DNA of 63,997 nt, the filler included, from Raillietiella orientalis (lineage: Eukaryota): assembly GCA_036172245.1 (NCBI GenBank). It is 3 parts of 3 records of this genome, joined end to end, with 100 filler letters (N's around TTAATTAATTAA, not from the genome) between each part and the next. Parts side by side here need not be neighbours in the genome. Positions count along the whole stretch, not along the records: positions 56,135 to 63,997 come from JAYWIR010000296.1; 2 more parts are not named here. One strand, given 5' to 3'. The position numbers were made by a program, and so were the translations under genes. Shown one piece after another: positions 61,924-63,997 of the stretch (position 1 is the stretch's first letter; each line of letters starts with the position of its first letter). The notes under the pieces are model-generated. The model saw nothing but the letters and a program-made list of their open reading frames with translations. It did not search any database and was not told the DNA's origin.

Positions 61924-63997
61924 GATTGAAATCTCCCGCTATCAGGTGAGCCTTCCGCACGTTCGTGTCCGCCAGCCAGTCGCGCTTCAGGGATTCCAGC
62001 AGCCTGGTACGGTCGCTGTATCCCTGTTGACCGCTGGGGGCGTACACATTCGTGACGATCAGTTCGATCGAGTCGGACCAGCTGAGAATCAGCTGACCGA
62101 CCCGACCGTCGTCATCGAAGCGCACGCCCTTCACGGCAGCGTCGATGGCCGGCTTCACGAAGAACGCGACCCCGCAGGTGTTGCGGAGGCCGCACCACCA
62201 ATACAACCAACCCCCCGCGATAGTCTCGATCTCCTGGGCGTCTGCCGCGGTGATCACGTGGATCTCCTGCAGCAGGGCCAGGTCGAGCTCACGCAGGGTG
62301 TCGGCCGTATCTCGCCTGTTACCGTCGTCGCGCAGCCCGTTGACGTTCCAACAGGCGGCGCGAATCCGACGGCGACTGGCGAGCCCAGGTGTTATTCCTG
62401 GGAAGATGGCGATGCGGCGTCCGCCACCTGTTGGGGCGGGACGCTAGGTGGAGGAGGAGGGTCAGGCGCTGCGTGCACCTGGTCCCCCTCCTCCATGGGT
62501 AACGGCGCGTCGAGCGGGTCACCCTCAGGTGGGGTCGCGCCTACCTGTTGGCCCTCCTCCATGGGGGCGGGCTGTTCAGGCTCGGCGACTGCAGGGAGGA
62601 CTTCGCCCCCCTGCTCACCCTCCTCCATGGGGGTGGCCGGCTCGACGGCTTCCGAGCGTGGGAGTTCCCCCTCCGGGATTCCCACGCTACCGCTACCTTC
62701 CTGCTTCTCCTCCTCGCTGGTGGAGGGGAGGCGCCTCCTGGGTTTCTGGGACTTGCGTCCCGACTTCCTGGGGGGTGCCTCCGAGGAGGAGGATGCACTT
62801 CCGGCCCCCAGGTCCGACTCACCTGTGGGGGCCTTTTTCGCGGGAGCCGGCCTTCGCACGGCCTTGCGTGAGGGGTTCTCACGCTCCGCCAGCGTGGCCG
62901 CGAGCTCCTCCGCCGCCTTTGCGAACGCGGCGTCCGCAGTGTCGACCGGCGCGTCGCGCGGCTCACCCTCTGTTTGCACAGAGGGTTCGCCGTCGCGAAC
63001 TTCGAGCGCGACGGAAACGGCGAGGGGAGGCTCGTCGCCCCGGGTGGCATCTTCCGGAACGACGATACGTTCCAGTGCCACCGTGCACTCGCATAGGGTT
63101 TTCGAACGCGGCCCGGGTGTTTTTGCCCTACCGGCCGGCTTCTCTTTCTTCTCCTTTAAAGGAGCTTTTCTCTCTTTTCTGGCTGCTACAAGTTGCCAGC
63201 CCTCGTCACCTTCCGCCTCTTGGGAAGGTTTACCCTCCGTCTTTTCTTTTGGATGTTGAGGATCTGGCAGCTTCTTCCGGCCAGCGTCCGCCTTAGGTCT
63301 TGTGACCTTCAGTGCGCGTTTCCCCTGCGCCTTTTTCGCGGCAGGAGGAACCGGGGTGGGGCGTTTTGGGCACACACGTCGAACGTGGCCCTTCTCCCCG
63401 CACATGTGGCATTGGAGGTTAGGACACCTCTTGCGAAGGTGTCCTACGGTTTCGCAGTAGCCGCAATACCGGGGCTTTCGCACGTACCAGAGGTCCACGC
63501 TCTCTTGCGCGAACTCCAGCTTGTGGGGAAGCCCACAATCCTTACTCACAGTTACCCGCGCTGCAGCCTGGCCTCCGAAATGGCTATTGAAGCCTTCAAA
63601 GATTGTTGGCTTAGGCCACAGCGCGTGCAGCTCGCCGAACTTCCGAAGTTCTTGTGCTACCGCAGAGCGAGTCATACGGCTCGTTATTCCAGTGAGATGG
63701 ACCACCACGGAGCGGTCCATCGTCACCGGCAAGATCTTGCGGCCGTCGACGTTCAACGGGTTGGTGATTAGTGTCTGAGCCAAGGTGATCTCCTTGCACA
63801 CCACCTCGACTCGCTGACCTCCGCTGAGAACGAACAAACCGTCAAGATCTTGTTCTCTAACTCCGGCGTTTTGCAGCGCTTTCGAAAACGCGCGTGCCGT
63901 TTTTCCGTCAAATAAGGGGCCTACCTGGTACACCAAGCTGAGCTTGTACCCAACTGCCCGCTAGGCCGCCATGTCGGCCACGGTTTCCGCGCTCGGC
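61924..63997 (-). mobile_element. Outer LINE E10: ORF1 and N-terminal half of the ORF2 endonuclease; 5' end lies beyond the window
   Basis: 514-aa ORF1, then ACWNVNGL, LLQEIH, CGVAF, NVYAP and AGDFN up to the E11 insertion. Confidence 0.93.
62392..63936 (-). CDS. E10 ORF1 protein (CCHC zinc knuckles, long Pro/Glu/Ala-rich disordered tail); 5'-partial, in-frame TAG just upstream
   Basis: CGYCETVGHLRKRC and CHMCGEKGHVRRVC knuckles; close homolog of E1 ORF1; ends SSQE-TAA. Confidence 0.8.
   Translation of the reverse strand: MVYQVGPLFDGKTARAFSKALQNAGVREQDLDGLFVLSGGQRVEVVCKEITLAQTLITNPLNVDGRKILPVTMDRSVVVHLTGITSRMTRSAVAQELRKFGELHALWPKPTIFEGFNSHFGGQAAARVTVSKDCGLPHKLEFAQESVDLWYVRKPRYCGYCETVGHLRKRCPNLQCHMCGEKGHVRRVCPKRPTPVPPAAKKAQGKRALKVTRPKADAGRKKLPDPQHPKEKTEGKPSQEAEGDEGWQLVAARKERKAPLKEKKEKPAGRAKTPGPRSKTLCECTVALERIVVPEDATRGDEPPLAVSVALEVRDGEPSVQTEGEPRDAPVDTADAAFAKAAEELAATLAERENPSRKAVRRPAPAKKAPTGESDLGAGSASSSSEAPPRKSGRKSQKPRRRLPSTSEEEKQEGSGSVGIPEGELPRSEAVEPATPMEEGEQGGEVLPAVAEPEQPAPMEEGQQVGATPPEGDPLDAPLPMEEGDQVHAAPDPPPPPSVPPQQVADAASPSSQE

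Noticed and set aside
61706..63259. 517-aa + strand ORF, and similar long antisense ORFs (60302..61114, 26178..27017, 57256..57963)
   Set aside because: These are shadow frames of GC-rich LINE ORFs. The 517-aa ORF runs across the E10/E11 junction, so it cannot predate the insertion.

Overview
Eukaryotic, repeat-dense window with no recognisable intact host gene. It consists of three blocks joined by two fixed 100-bp artificial linkers (N44-TTAATTAATTAA-N44). Block 1 (1-28045) holds eight nested or abutting, decayed L1/Tx1-like non-LTR retrotransposon pieces around a ~4.2-kb diverged inverted duplication of unknown origin. Block 2 (28146-56034) is ~100 head-to-tail copies of a 277-bp satellite with higher-order structure. 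Block 3 (56135-63997) holds a 5.3-kb LINE with both ends and a 9-bp target-site duplication, inserted into the endonuclease domain of a relative. The most interesting signals are: (i) in-frame TGA codons that repeatedly sit where paralogous LINEs have Trp, including the same TGA at the same site in two well-diverged elements, which suggests UGA=Trp decoding or programmed readthrough, although ordinary decay is not excluded; (ii) a conserved AATAAA plus GC hairpin 3' end with essentially no poly(A) tail; (iii) an ORF1/ORF2 stop-start overlap whose geometry is conserved while the ATG is not. All alignments were done by eye.
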